From Octopus vulgaris (Eukaryota), in contig OX597814.1 of assembly GCA_951406725.2 (NCBI GenBank), positions 177,320,001 to 177,384,000 on the forward strand: 64,000 bases of DNA, read 5' to 3'. The position numbers and the translations under genes were made by a program. Positions 32,260 through 44,638 of the stretch are shown here, in pieces; within the stretch, counting starts at the first letter, position 1; the number at the start of each line of letters is the position of its first letter. The notes beneath the pieces are model-generated. The model saw only the letters and a program-made list of their open reading frames with translations, was not told where the DNA came from and made no database searches.

Positions 32260-33345
32260 TTATTTTTTGCCTAAACCAGCTCTCAAGGTCACTGGAACGA
32301 CAACCAGTGAAATTGAAATAATAACGACATAGAAAATAAAGAAAAGGCGATCAAATATCAAGGCAACTGCTTTCCATTCTCTTGCCAGCTTTTCTTTGCG
32401 GTCGGATTCGGCGAGTCGGTACATACTTTCAGTCACAAACTTTCTAATTGCTTTCACGTCTCTCTCAATTTGAATAAGTTCCTTACGTTTCATCAGACTC
32501 TCACAGCTTCCAGAGCCACCGCTAGCAACACAAGCACCAGCACCACCACTAATACTACTACTACCAATACTACTACCTCCTCCACCGCCGCCGCCGCCGC
32601 CACCACCACCACCACCACTACCACCGCCGCCGCCGCCACCTCCACCACCGCCGCCGCCACCACCTCCTCCACCACCACCACCACCATGTCCACCAACAGC
32701 ATGCCCACCACCACTACCACCAACGGCATGTCCACTACAACCACCACCACTATGACCACCACCATGACCACCACCGTGACCACCACCATGACCACCACCA
32801 CCGCCATGGTGGTGGTGGTCATGGCGTTCAGGATGCGCATGGCCGTGGCCGTGACTTCCTCCACCATGACTATGACCTCCACCGCCATGACTATGAGTAT
32901 GGCCATGACCTCCCGCATGAGTATGACTTGGGGTATGAGCATGGCTACCATGTGCATGGCCTCCATGCGCATGACCGCCACTAGCACATCCGGCACCCTG
33001 GTAAACACCGCCACTGCCATGGCTTCTTCCACCACTACTACTACCACCCGTGTGGTAAATCCCAGGACCGTGTCCACCACGATGATGTAGTGCGCGTCCG
33101 CAGCTACCCGGCATGTGCGAGTGGCCACCTGGACCTCCACTAATAATACTTTTGCTGGCTTCATGAGCTTCTCTCCAGCCGTCTGCCAGCCAATTTGTTT
33201 CGGAATCTACTCCGACAAAATGATTTCCATTAGCTGTAGTTCGAGATGGATTTTCTGAAGAAGTTTTCGTCTGTGTGTCTGATTCTGTTACATTTCCCAC
33301 GAGCCTGTTCATAAAGAAGATTCGAGCGAAAATTTCGAATGCAAG
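32260..33345 (-). CDS. nAChR subunit, terminal exon: MX, Gly/His-rich intracellular loop, MA helix, TM4, stop
   Basis: Acceptor tttctttcccgcag|CTT at 33345 (phase 0), with an open frame of 361 codons to TAA at 32262-32260. It ends ...IERDVKAIRKF...KLAREWKAVALIFDRLFFIFYVVIISISLVVVPVTLRAGLGKK, containing the EWKxVAxxxDRLF M4 signature of nAChRs. Confidence 0.93.
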   Translation of the reverse strand, partial: LAFEIFARIFFMNRLVGNVTESDTQTKTSSENPSRTTANGNHFVGVDSETNWLADGWREAHEASKSIISGGPGGHSHMPGSCGRALHHRGGHGPGIYHTGGSSSGGRSHGSGGVYQGAGCASGGHAHGGHAHGSHAHTPSHTHAGGHGHTHSHGGGGHSHGGGSHGHGHAHPERHDHHHHGGGGGHGGGHGGGHGGGHSGGGCSGHAVGGSGGGHAVGGHGGGGGGGGGGGGGGGGGGGGGGSGGGGGGGGGGGGGGSSIGSSSISGGAGACVASGGSGSCESLMKRKELIQIERDVKAIRKFVTESMYRLAESDRKEKLAREWKAVALIFDRLFFIFYVVIISISLVVVPVTLRAGLGKK

Positions 33346-33408
33346 CTGCGGGAAAGAAAGAAAGAAAGAAAAAAATGTTAATGTCAACAATAAGTAGTGT
33401 TCCACTTG

Positions 33409-33439
<31 letters not shown>

Positions 33440-33440
33440 T

Positions 33441-33537
<97 letters not shown>

Positions 33538-33736
33538 TGAAGTGGAAGATGCTTATTACATTCTCGTTATGAGCGGTTTTTATCAAATGCAGTAAATCTC
33601 AATAGCGCATAGGATATTGTTAAATGTGCTGCTTACCATTAACACCAAGTTTTTGATATCTCGAAAGCTCCGTTCCTAATGCGATAGCAATAAGAACCTT
33701 CCACCCTATGCATGTACACATACATACATACACACG

Positions 33737-33831
<95 letters not shown>

Positions 33832-34258
33832 AAACGAAGAAAGGTAAGGTAAAACGAATACAATAGAGGATAAATTTATGATTTATTGAAACCGTCTTCG
33901 CTTGAAGACAAGCTAAACAAACACTTATCGTCAGCTGCAATCGACTCCAGATGAGAAGTGTAAAAATAAATAAATAAATAAATAAACTATAAGGAATCAG
34001 CAATCGCTCTCTTGAATTAACATAGGTTTCAATAAAAAAAAACATCAATTTTCTTGGAGGAAAGAAACCGGTTGTAAACGTGTATTTCTACCTCAATGGG
34101 CGTCATCAACACAGCGTTGTCTTCTCATGTTTCCAAATAGATTTAGTAGTTGACAACGTTTATACTAACTGGCATAGAACAAAACTGAGCATACAATGTC
34201 CAATGGCGTGATTTTCTACAAGGACGAAGTTAGGTACATTAAATACCATGGAAGTTAA

Positions 34259-34322
<64 letters not shown>

Positions 34323-34669
34323 TGTATGTATGTATATATACAATGATACAATGCATACGTTTGGTGAATTTACAAAAACTGTGGTTTTACACCGAATGCC
34401 TTCGCTTTTTGTTATGATACGTGAAAAAAATCAGATTATAGTAGCAGCAACAAAATTTTATTTCACACACACACAGACATGAAATATGATGGTTGTATTT
34501 GTCGTAATATAAGGCGGTAGAATTATGTAAACTGTAGAGGACCTAAGTTATGACTTAATAAAATGTATGTGCTTCTTTATGTTCTGAGTTCAAATCCGCT
34601 TATGGAGTCAATTGTACCTTTGGCCTCCTAGAGTCAGCACAATAAAGTAACATCTATTAGTGTTCAACT

Positions 34670-34807
34670 GGTACTTATTTAATCGACCTCGAAAGGATAA
34701 AAGATAAAGTCGACCTCGGCGGAATTTGAACTCACAACGCACCGACGGGCGAAATGCCGCTAAACACTTCGTCCAGCGTGCTAACGATTCTGCTAGATCA
34801 CTGCCTC

Positions 34808-34887
<80 letters not shown>

Positions 34888-35111
34888 TAATAATAATAAT
34901 GGTTTCAAATTCTGACACAAGGGCTGCCATTTTAAAGGAAGGTATGGGTCGATGTAATCGACCCCAGTGTTCCACTGGTACTTAATTTAACTACCCCGAA
35001 ACGATGAAAGCGAAGTCGACCTCGGTGGAATTTGAACTCAGAACGTAGTGACGGGCGAAATGCCGCTAAGCATTTCGTCCAGCATGCGAACGATTCTGCC
35101 AGCTCGCCGCC
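34670..35111 (-). mobile_element. Two SINE family B copies separated by (TAA)n
   Basis: Reverse-complement family B motifs (GTCGACCTCGGCGGAATTTGAACTC) at 34670-34806 and 34901-35111. Confidence 0.8.
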
Positions 35112-35163
<52 letters not shown>

Positions 35164-35479
35164 CCTAGCGCAGCGACATAGTTTCCAGTTTTATCATTTA
35201 TGGCCATGATCAGTTTCTGTTGTGATTTAATTGGACATTAATTTTTAGCTTGAAATATTCACTCTCACACTTCAATTATTATTTTTGCGGGTAACATTGT
35301 ATTTTTTCTCTATGTCTTTCCCTGCTTCCATCTTTTTCTTCAATTCTTCTTCCCTTCTGTCTTTCATAATTCCTTTCTACTCTCTTCATTTCCACCTCTT
35401 TCCCCCCCTTCTTCTCTCCCCTTCACTTCCATCCATCGTGCCTCCTTTCTTTCTTTCGTTATTTCTTTCTTTCGTTATT

Positions 35480-35523
<44 letters not shown>

Positions 35524-38030
35524 ACTTTCTTTCTTTCGTTTGTTCGTTCTCTCTGTCTTTCTTTCTTTCTTTCTTCTCTGTCTCTTCCTCTTTCATTATA
35601 TCTCCTTTCTATCTCTTTCTCTCCTCTCTCTTTCTCTCACACACCGATGCACATAATTACATATTCACATGCACGCATGCACACTCACATACGGACACAG
35701 ACGCATATGGACATGCAATGACACATTCACAAATACTACCTCACACACACACACACAAATACATACGCGCTAAGACACATACAAATTACTATATATGCAC
35801 ACAAAAGTACGCACTTACATACGTATACTCGCATATACGCACTAAAACACACACACACACACACATACATGTATACACGCAATCTTACTCATTCTAATCT
35901 CTGTTCAGACCTGCTCAACTATCAGTAATCATACTCGATGACCGAGACACTTTGAAGTTATGGGAGCAAAAGCCGACACATCATGACCTGGTTTGGTGAA
36001 CTGGAAAGAAGTAGAGAAAAGAAGACTTAAGTTACCGAGTAAGGCGGTCTTAATATTATTCTCGTGAATGACACTTCCCATATTGTGAACTGTTTTAATC
36101 AATATATGAGCATATGAAATAATCCAATTGGTTAGTTCGTTCGAAATATGAACACTTAACTCGTAGCTAATCTGCCTCTGAGCATGCATCCCACGCATTG
36201 CAGAAGAAATTCATTCTTGAAAAATAAAAAGTATTGCCGTAAGGTGAAGTTCTGTAATGCGAAACTTATGTACCAATCGATTTCTATATTACGTAAGGTG
36301 GATGACGTTCTTGATATATAATATGAAAGTGAAAGAAAAATGGGTTTCGCGCTACAGAACAACGTTACAAGGTTTACAAGAGTGCTTTGTTTCTGTAACG
36401 TGCATGGTGCCTGTAACTTGTAGCATACGTCATCTAAACAAACTTATCCGTTTCTATTCCTCATGTCCTTCATAAAATGTTTCATGTTCTGTCCCCAGGA
36501 TCATTGGACTAATCACTTTCACAAAAATCTTTCCTTTCTGCGCAGATTTTTGGAGTTCTCCCCTAACCTGATGTATTTCATAAAAATATCAACGATGTAT
36601 AAATATTCACGTTGGATATATCACTAATCTTCAATGGCCTGTAAAACTTACGGGTATTGCCTCTGTGTACTTATTAAATAATCAAAAATGTTCATGTAAT
36701 TAAACATGCCTAATTTGCCGACAGACGACAGTTAAAATCCCCAGTTGGCTTAATTTTCGCTGTAAATACTATCAACAGATATTTAGATGTTATTCTTAAA
36801 AACGCTTTTTATAACATTATTTTAGCATTTGTAGTTTTCTGTTTAAGAATATTGCTAGTCGTTTTGGATGTAATGAAACGAAGGCGAGATAATGTATTTA
36901 TTTGAAGAAAAAAAATAAACAAAGAATGGTAGTGTGTCACTGGGGTTCTTTTTTATGAAGTTCAGTGGAGTTTGAACGCGGTGGTTTTTGTCACCAAATC
37001 CGATGTCTTAATTAATTATTTTGTTACCATATTTCTGTTGAAATACACTGCATTTATTTCAATTAATTTTGAAAATAACGAGGAACTCAACTGGTGCTAA
37101 GAGCATAAATTAATATAAAACTTTGAGCGGAGATTTTAAATTAGATCAATTTAAATAAAAAGTTTATATCGTAAAACAAGGGGCAATCTATGGCGTTTTG
37201 GTATCAAAAGGGTTACATGAAGTTTTTGTTTTACTAAGGGATGACTTAAACAGAATATACACTCTCTACCTTAGACAGACAGGCTATATTCTCGATAACC
37301 AGATATAGAGAGTTGTGAATTTTAAACAAGACCAACAAATTCAAGCAAAATATAAGATAACTACGACTCTGATGAATTTGAACTCAGAATTAGAGAGACG
37401 CAAGATAAAAACACTCTGAGATATAAACTACTGCGTTTCCACCACCCTGCGACTTCAAAGAATTCGAATCAGTGCACAAAATAACGAAATACTTGATAAC
37501 TAGCAGAAACCGTGAAAATTCCACAGGTTCTTCAAAAGTTATTTGATAGTTGGAGGCTTAATAAGAATCATGAAATAGATTTTGAATAAAATTTATATTT
37601 TTTTCTGAAATATTTGCTTCTTGAGATGGTGTAAAGTCAACATAGTACTGAAACTAAAATCTTAGGGGAAAACATCTGTTATATACATATGACACCTTTC
37701 ATACCATGAAAATAGATAATTTATTATATTTATCCTTATGTCATCAAATAAATAATCTAATCTATGGACAGAAATCTTTGACATGATCTATCTATGATAA
37801 TTAGCTAAAGTAGGACTACTTATTTTCGTATCAGAGAAAAGTGCACATATCTGGAATCCTCAGTCCTAGTGACTGAACTACAGTAGCTGCCTTACTGAGG
37901 TGTGAATTTCTAAACACACGTGTAACACACAGACACACACACTCCCCCGCACCCACACATATACACACACATTACACATTTTTTTAGAAATTCACACTTT
38001 AGTGAGGCAGCTGCTCTACTTCATACACAC

Positions 38031-38061
<31 letters not shown>

Positions 38062-38197
38062 CGCATTCATGCACACTCACGTATACACACACAAGAATTT
38101 ATATATATACATGTATATAAATATCTCTCTCTCCCTCTCTCTGTATATATCTATATCTATCTATCTATATGTATGCATATATACATACATACATACA

Positions 38198-38285
<88 letters not shown>

Positions 38286-38350
38286 GGGGTATTGTAGTTC
38301 GCTTGAAGCATTGTATATTGTTTGTAAAAAAATGTCTTGAATGGCACAAC

Positions 38351-38585
38351 AATGCACTCTAATGACAACAATAGACTATAATAACTGTTATAATTTAATC
38401 ATCGATATTCTGATATAATATATCAGAATATAAAAATTGTTTCTTCAGATATCCCTAGGATAGCAGTGACTCGATCAATTCCAAGAGATATCTGAAGAAG
38501 GAATATTTATATATCGAAATATTATATCAGACTATGGATGATTAATTATAACAGTTATTATAGTCCATTGTTGTTATAGTGCATT
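38351..38585. repeat. Approximately 235-bp imperfect fold-back (inverted repeat)
   Basis: AATGCACT..ACTATAATAACTGTTATAAT..TTCTTCAGATATC pairs with GATATCTGAAGAA..ATTATAACAGTTATTATAGT..AGTGCATT. Confidence 0.85.
38487..38528 (+). ncRNA. Minimal hammerhead-like motif in the right arm of a fold-back element
   Basis: GAUAU CUGAAGA A ...GAAA UA UU AUAUC: stem I GAUAU/AUAUC, canonical CUGANGA and GAAA, palindromic AAUAUU. Stem II is weak. Confidence 0.45.
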
Positions 38586-38604
38586 TTTGATTCGATTCAC
38601 ATTA

Positions 38605-38667
<63 letters not shown>

Positions 38668-38729
38668 TATGTATATATATATATATGATATATATATATA
38701 TATATATGTATATGTATATATATATATAA

Positions 38730-38767
<38 letters not shown>

Positions 38768-38839
38768 TATATGTATATATATATATATATATGCATATAT
38801 GTATATATATATACATATATGTATATATATGCATATATG

Positions 38840-38872
<33 letters not shown>

Positions 38873-38886
38873 GCATATATATATAT

Positions 38887-38920
<34 letters not shown>

Positions 38921-38946
38921 ATATACATATATATACATATATATAT

Positions 38947-39022
<76 letters not shown>

Positions 39023-39119
39023 CACACATACATACATATATATACATATATATATACATACATACATATATACATATATATATATACATACATATATATA
39101 CATATATATATACATATAC

Positions 39120-39150
<31 letters not shown>

Positions 39151-39159
39151 CATATAAAA

Positions 39160-39388
39160 GGCGGCGAGCTGGTAGAAACGTTAGCACGCCGGGCGAAATT
39201 CGTAGCCGTATTTCGTCTGTCGTTACGTTCCGAGTTCAAATTCCGCCGAGGTCGACTTTGCCTTTCATCCTTTCGGGGTCGATAAATTAAGTACCAGTTA
39301 CGCACTGGGGTCGATGTAGTCGACTTAATCCCTTTGTATGTCCTTGTTTGTCCCCTCTGTGTTTAGCCCCTTGTGGGTAGTAAAGAAA
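39160..39388 (+). mobile_element. tRNA-derived SINE family B, well-preserved copy
   Basis: GGCGGCGAGCTGGTAGAAACGTTAG head, GAGTTCAAATTCC B-box, and central GTCGACTTTGCCTTTCATCCTTTCGGGGTCGATAAATTAAGTACCAG. It has many homologs in the window. Confidence 0.85.
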
Positions 39389-39451
39389 AATATATATATA
39401 CATATATATATACATATACATACATACATATATATACATATATATATACAT

Positions 39452-39533
<82 letters not shown>

Positions 39534-39723
39534 ATTACTGAAAACAAAGAGGAGAGTAGAGATTTCTTCACATCCAAAACATTTTATTAAAAATGTTTTC
39601 TACAGCATATATAGCAATGACCAACATTTGTTTCACTTGCAGTAATTACACATTGCTCCGTATGCAATTATTCATCCTCGTCACTGCAATTTCATCAAGA
39701 GTCCATCCCGACGCTTTCAATTA

Positions 39724-40130
39724 ATTGATAGGGAAGACAGACTGTTCTGGAAACTTTATTAATCACAACGATCGTTTCGGCATACTTCTACAACACTCCG
39801 TAGTGAGAGGGGAACGGCATTATGAAATTTAATTCCCCCTACAGTACAGACGTAATCTCATTTGGGGACATTATATATTTCTAAGTTATAAAATTTTCGC
39901 TCATATCTGTACCTATCAATGAAATGTAAATTTTATAACTTAAAATCCTGTATCGAAATGTAAATTTTATAACTTAGAAGCCTAGTATGTCCCCTGATGA
40001 GATTTCTTCTGCGCTATGAGGTGCATGCGATTGTATCCTTTCCCCATCAACTAGCGAGCAGTACAGTAGTGTGCCGAAACGATCGTTGTGATAAATAAAG
40101 ATTCCAGTACACCTTGTCTTCCGTATCAAT
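39724..40130. repeat. Approximately 400-bp imperfect fold-back (inverted repeat)
   Basis: ATTGATA.GGAAGACA..ATCACAACGATCGTTTCGGCA..GGGGACAT..CTAAGTTATAAAATTT pairs with AAATTTTATAACTTAG..ATGTCCCC..TGCCGAAACGATCGTTGTGAT..TGTCTTCC.TATCAAT. Confidence 0.85.
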
Positions 40131-40261
40131 CATTTAGAATATACTCAACGTGCACCGAAAAATTCTTAACGTAGATCCCTACAACCAAACTCCATTTACC
40201 GCAGGTAATGCCTGGTAGCCGTAAGCGGGACACACCTAAATAAGATTTGGATGGCAAATTT

Positions 40262-40672
40262 TGGCTGTGTGGTAAGTAGCTTGCTTACCAACCACATGGT
40301 TCCGGGTTCATTCCTATTGCATGGCACCTTGGGCAAGTGTCTTCTACTATATCCTCGGGCCGACCAAAGCCTTGTGAGTCGATTTGGTAGATGGAAACTG
40401 AAAGAATCCCGTCGTATATATGTATGCGTGTGCGTATATGTGTATGTGTCTGTGTTTGTGTTACTGTGTTTGTTCCCCCAACAACGCTTGACAACCGATG
40501 CTGGTGTGTTTACGTCCCCGTAACCTAGCGGTTCGGCAAAAGAAACCGATAGAATAAGTACAAGGCTTCCAAAGAATAAGTCCTTGAGTCGATCTGCTCG
40601 ACTAAAGGCGGTGCTCCAGCATGGCCGCAGTCAAATGGCTGAAACAAGTAAAAGATTAAAAAGTAAAAGAGT
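40262..40672 (+). mobile_element. tRNA-derived SINE family A (CORE-like segment), near full length
   Basis: TGGCTGTGTGGTAAG head, CCGGGTTCA B-box-like segment, CACCTTGGGCAAGTG core-like motif, internal TG/TA microsatellite, and GAAACAAGTAAAAGA tail. Homologs occur at 46194/47915, 52300, 55911 and 56601. Confidence 0.85.
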
Positions 40673-41200
40673 ATCTAAACTTAAATCTTAATTATATATG
40701 TGTGTGTGTGTGTGTGTGTGTAAAGACAGTTGTCCTGCGATAAATATAAATGTTGTGTATAACGTATTGCAAATTCACTTGTGCTCCAGAATTACAACGT
40801 TGGCTATAATAGACCGCTGCAGACGTCTAATGGTTTCTGCCATCGCCTGATACGAATTTACAACTGGATTACATTAGCCTTATAAATAAATTCCTAGTAG
40901 TCTCCCTTGATTTTCTTGCATCGAATTACTCGTTTAGATAAATACTTTTTCTTAACCCTCATTAACTAAAATTTCTTGCTCAGGGGTGTTAGCATTCATT
41001 ATGTTATTAATTTTCGGAGCTGCAGATATCCTAGAATATTTCTCCCCACGTCTATATTTTGCAGAGATATATCATAGTCGGTGATAGAATGTAACTTATC
41101 AATCACTCGACAGTTAGCCCGACATGCCCAGGACACTTATAAGCGTTAGAAAAATAACAGGTAAACATGAAGCATATATGCAACATATGGATATACTTAC

Positions 41201-41316
41201 AGTCTTGAGAAATTGTGGCACTTCCCCTCGGGGTCCATAAAAGGCCATGTTGACGACAAGGACGTTTAAGAAAGAAGACAAAGTGATAATCACCATGTTG
41301 AAGCAGTAGTAAATAC
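41201..41316 (-). CDS. nAChR subunit, TM3 exon
   Basis: Acceptor ctgtttcttttcag|GT ATT and donor ACT|gtaagt; 116 nt, phase 1 to 0. Encodes (G)IYYCFNMVIITLSSFLNVLVVNMAFYGPRGEVPQFLKT, a typical M3 helix and post-M3 segment. Confidence 0.95.
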
Positions 41317-41877
41317 CTGAAAAGAAACAGAGAATATAAACCTACATGAAGAGACAAAGGAAAAATGTATCAGTGTAAACAATATATTACAGTTCAAATT
41401 TATTCTTTACGTTCACTGCTGATGATTTTTCACGTATTATTTGTGTAAGCAAGTGGCAATAATGAATAATTTCAGAATTAATCATTTTTGCTGGCTGAAT
41501 GAACTAGAGCAACGTGAAATGAAGTATTTTTCTAAATAAAATAACGCATCGTTTTGTCCAGGAAACGAAAACCACAAATTTACGGTCATTAATGCAACTT
41601 CCTTAACACCAAACCACAGGCCTTACACATATTACAAGAACGCTGCTTAAATTGTCACAATTATTCACAGGTCCAATTACTCGTTGCTGTTAATTAAAAT
41701 TGGCTTTTTTTTTTTATAAAGATATAAAAATGGTTTGGCCTGGAACATATTAAGAGTTGATGTGTTGCAGTTTCATTTTTGCATGTGCAACATGATGCGG
41801 ATAATTCTTTACGCGAACGCACGCAAACAGACACGCACACACACACACATATATATACACACATACACATGCATATA

Positions 41878-41949
<72 letters not shown>

Positions 41950-42221
41950 TTGTATATCTCTCTATATATATGTACGAATATGTATATAATAAAATATAAA
42001 ACGATATAGCATATATGTGTGTGCACGCGTGTGTTAGTGTGGTAGCGCGTGTGTCAACGAGTCCACCAAATTCAAGTTCGACTTTTTTTTTATATTAAGG
42101 ATATTTTATATCTCTTCCTGTTTGTATAGTTTACGACAATAACATTCCTAAACGTATTGAGCCATTGATGTCAGTGGAGCTTTACAGTTGCATCGTTAGA
42201 ACAAATAGATGATAATAATGC

Positions 42222-42645
42222 TTTCTACTGTAGGCACGAGGCCTGAAATTTGGGTGGGTGGGGGTTGGGGATGAGGGATAGTCGATCACACCAATCCCGG
42301 TATTCAACTGATACTTATTTTATCGATCTCGAAAGTATGAAAGGCATAGTCAACTTCAGAATTTGAAGCCAGAACATAATGACGGACAAAATGCCGCTAA
42401 GCATATTGCCCGGCGTGTTAAAGATTCTTATTTCTTTATTGCCCAAACATAGAGTGAACAAACAAGGACAGACAAAGGCATTAAGTCGATTACATCGACC
42501 CCAGTGCGTAACTGGTACTTCATTTATCGTTCCCAAAAGGCTGAAAGGCAAGTCGATCTCGGTGGAATTTGAACTCAGAACGTAGCGGCAGACGAAATAC
42601 CGCTAAGCATTTCGCCCAGCGTGCTAACGTTTCTGCCAGCTCGTC
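42222..42645 (-). mobile_element. Two tandem or nested SINE family B copies
   Basis: Two reverse-complement matches to the family B body; the younger one spans about 42430-42645. Confidence 0.8.
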
Positions 42646-44288
42646 GACTTAAGTGATGGTAATAGTTGGATCGTTCTTTGAGCACTTTGCTGTCGGCTGC
42701 TGAGGAATATCTCAATATTATTGTCATATTGTAAATTCAAATCTGAATTCAAAATCTGACACTGTTGTGGCTTCTAGTTTTTCACCAGAACCTATAAAGC
42801 CCAGTGCTCGGTGAAAGGGATTATGGCCACCAAGAATTTAGGGAGATTCGTCTATGTTAGAAATTATCTTTTCATGTTTTGTTTGTAATGGATTGTGTGT
42901 GGCAAAATGGTAGGACATTCGAGAAAATATCTGACAAAGTAATTTTCCAAAACATTAGTCGTTTTCATTTAGCACCAAACTTATTAACAGCTATAAAAGC
43001 TCTCGCCTTCTATTTAGTTACGTGATTTTAGATTCTGATTTAAAATCCTCTTTGGATTTCTATTCTGCTAGTAATCCTTCCGAAATATATGCAATATATA
43101 CATCCATCCATCCATCCACCCATCCATCCACCCATCCATATATATGTATATATATATATGTTAGAGTGCTACAATATGCATTCTGTTTAATGCGATGTAT
43201 CTTTATAGTGATGCATGAAACTGTAGTATTGTTGCAGATAAAGCGCTGTTTGACTAAATGCTTTGAAGTATTTAATAATATTCTTTTATGCCCAATTTCA
43301 AATTCTTTCTGGATTGTAATTTTCCTTTATGCCTATGGTATCTAAAATAATTACTCATCATGAATTGTGGATAATACAAGAGAGGCGAAATTGGGACCTT
43401 ACTATTTAAGAAATCAGTATTACATGAAGGGATCTATTTTGTAAATTTTCATGTTATCTTTCGGCATATTAGCTTGCAGTATGCAAACATTTCGCTAAGT
43501 AAATCTACTAAAGTGTTTTCATAAAGTGATACTAATCACTTAGTAACAATCACAGTTGATACACCAACTTGGTTTACGTTGATAAATTATCTTGTCGTCT
43601 ATTGGCAAATGAATATATTATTTATTTGCAGAGCGTACAGGTTTTTAACTTAAGGAAGATTTTAATGGTAAATTGAAATGTGACAGACATATGTGGTGTA
43701 ATTATCAGATGGGTAGAAACATTAGCGCAATCTGTTCGTTGGCTGACATTTGATCTAAACGTCCAATGAAACAGGATCTACAAATGTTGAATAGTCGTAT
43801 TAATAACTATGGAGAATTTTAATATGCTGTGACAAGCCGAGCAGATTAAATCATTGATTTGTTTTTGACAAATTTAAGCTATCTTGGTATTTCTCATTTG
43901 GAAAGAACCTTTATATGTTAACAACAGAAAAATATATAAAATAATATCGAAAGTGCCAGTTTTCCAACACATTAGGTGCTTTTAGGCAGTCTATTAATAA
44001 GAAATAAATTAGAATGGTAATTTGCTCTCAATGAATCGTAGTAATGTTTGTTGAGGAGAAAATTCAACCGGGAATAGGTAAGCCGAGAGAAAATATGAAT
44101 TTAAGAAAATGTTAATAAAAAAGAAGTATAAATAACAAAACGTACAAATTTAAAAGCTTTTGATTTTCGACAGAATTCAGAATTTTAGATTCAATTAAAC
44201 GGCTAAGGACATTACTTAGAAAGTGAATGTATTGAATGTGACATCTGGACATTTTTATGGGTCGTTGTTTGTTGAAACAATATACACA

Positions 44289-44348
<60 letters not shown>

Positions 44349-44575
44349 TACACACACACACACACTATCTGTATGTTACAAAGAGAGAGAAATACTTGGG
44401 AAAGTATTTTTTCATATTGTTTTCAGTTTTGAAAACCGTGGAACAATTTAATTTCCTTCCTACTCTTCGAACAAAGTGAAAAAGTGGGAATTACCACACT
44501 AATAAACAACACGTTTGCTACTTAAAAGAACTAATATTAGCTTACAGACCTATAATATACAGATATAAAAGTAGC

Positions 44576-44613
44576 ATGAGCTACGGTTTATATATATATA
44601 AACCGTAGCTCAT
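44576..44613. repeat. Perfect 38-nt palindrome centred on (TA)n
   Basis: ATGAGCTACGGTTTATATATATATAAACCGTAGCTCAT is its own reverse complement. Confidence 0.9.
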
Positions 44614-44638
44614 ACCACTTTATATATATATACATGTA

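Noticed and set aside
32263-32274. C-terminal GKK as an ER-retention signal
   Set aside because: The C-terminus of Cys-loop subunits is luminal/extracellular, and the spacing does not match KKXX.
32470-33164. Overlapping Thr/Met-rich (+, 206 aa) and Val-rich (-, 223 aa) ORFs
   Set aside because: These are shadow frames of the GGN/CAT-rich receptor exon. Only the Gly/His frame connects to the splice acceptor and the M4 helix.
33346-33405. N-terminal MEHYLLLTLTFFSFFLSFPQ of the 381-aa ORF as a signal peptide
   Set aside because: It is the intron polypyrimidine tract and AG acceptor read in frame.
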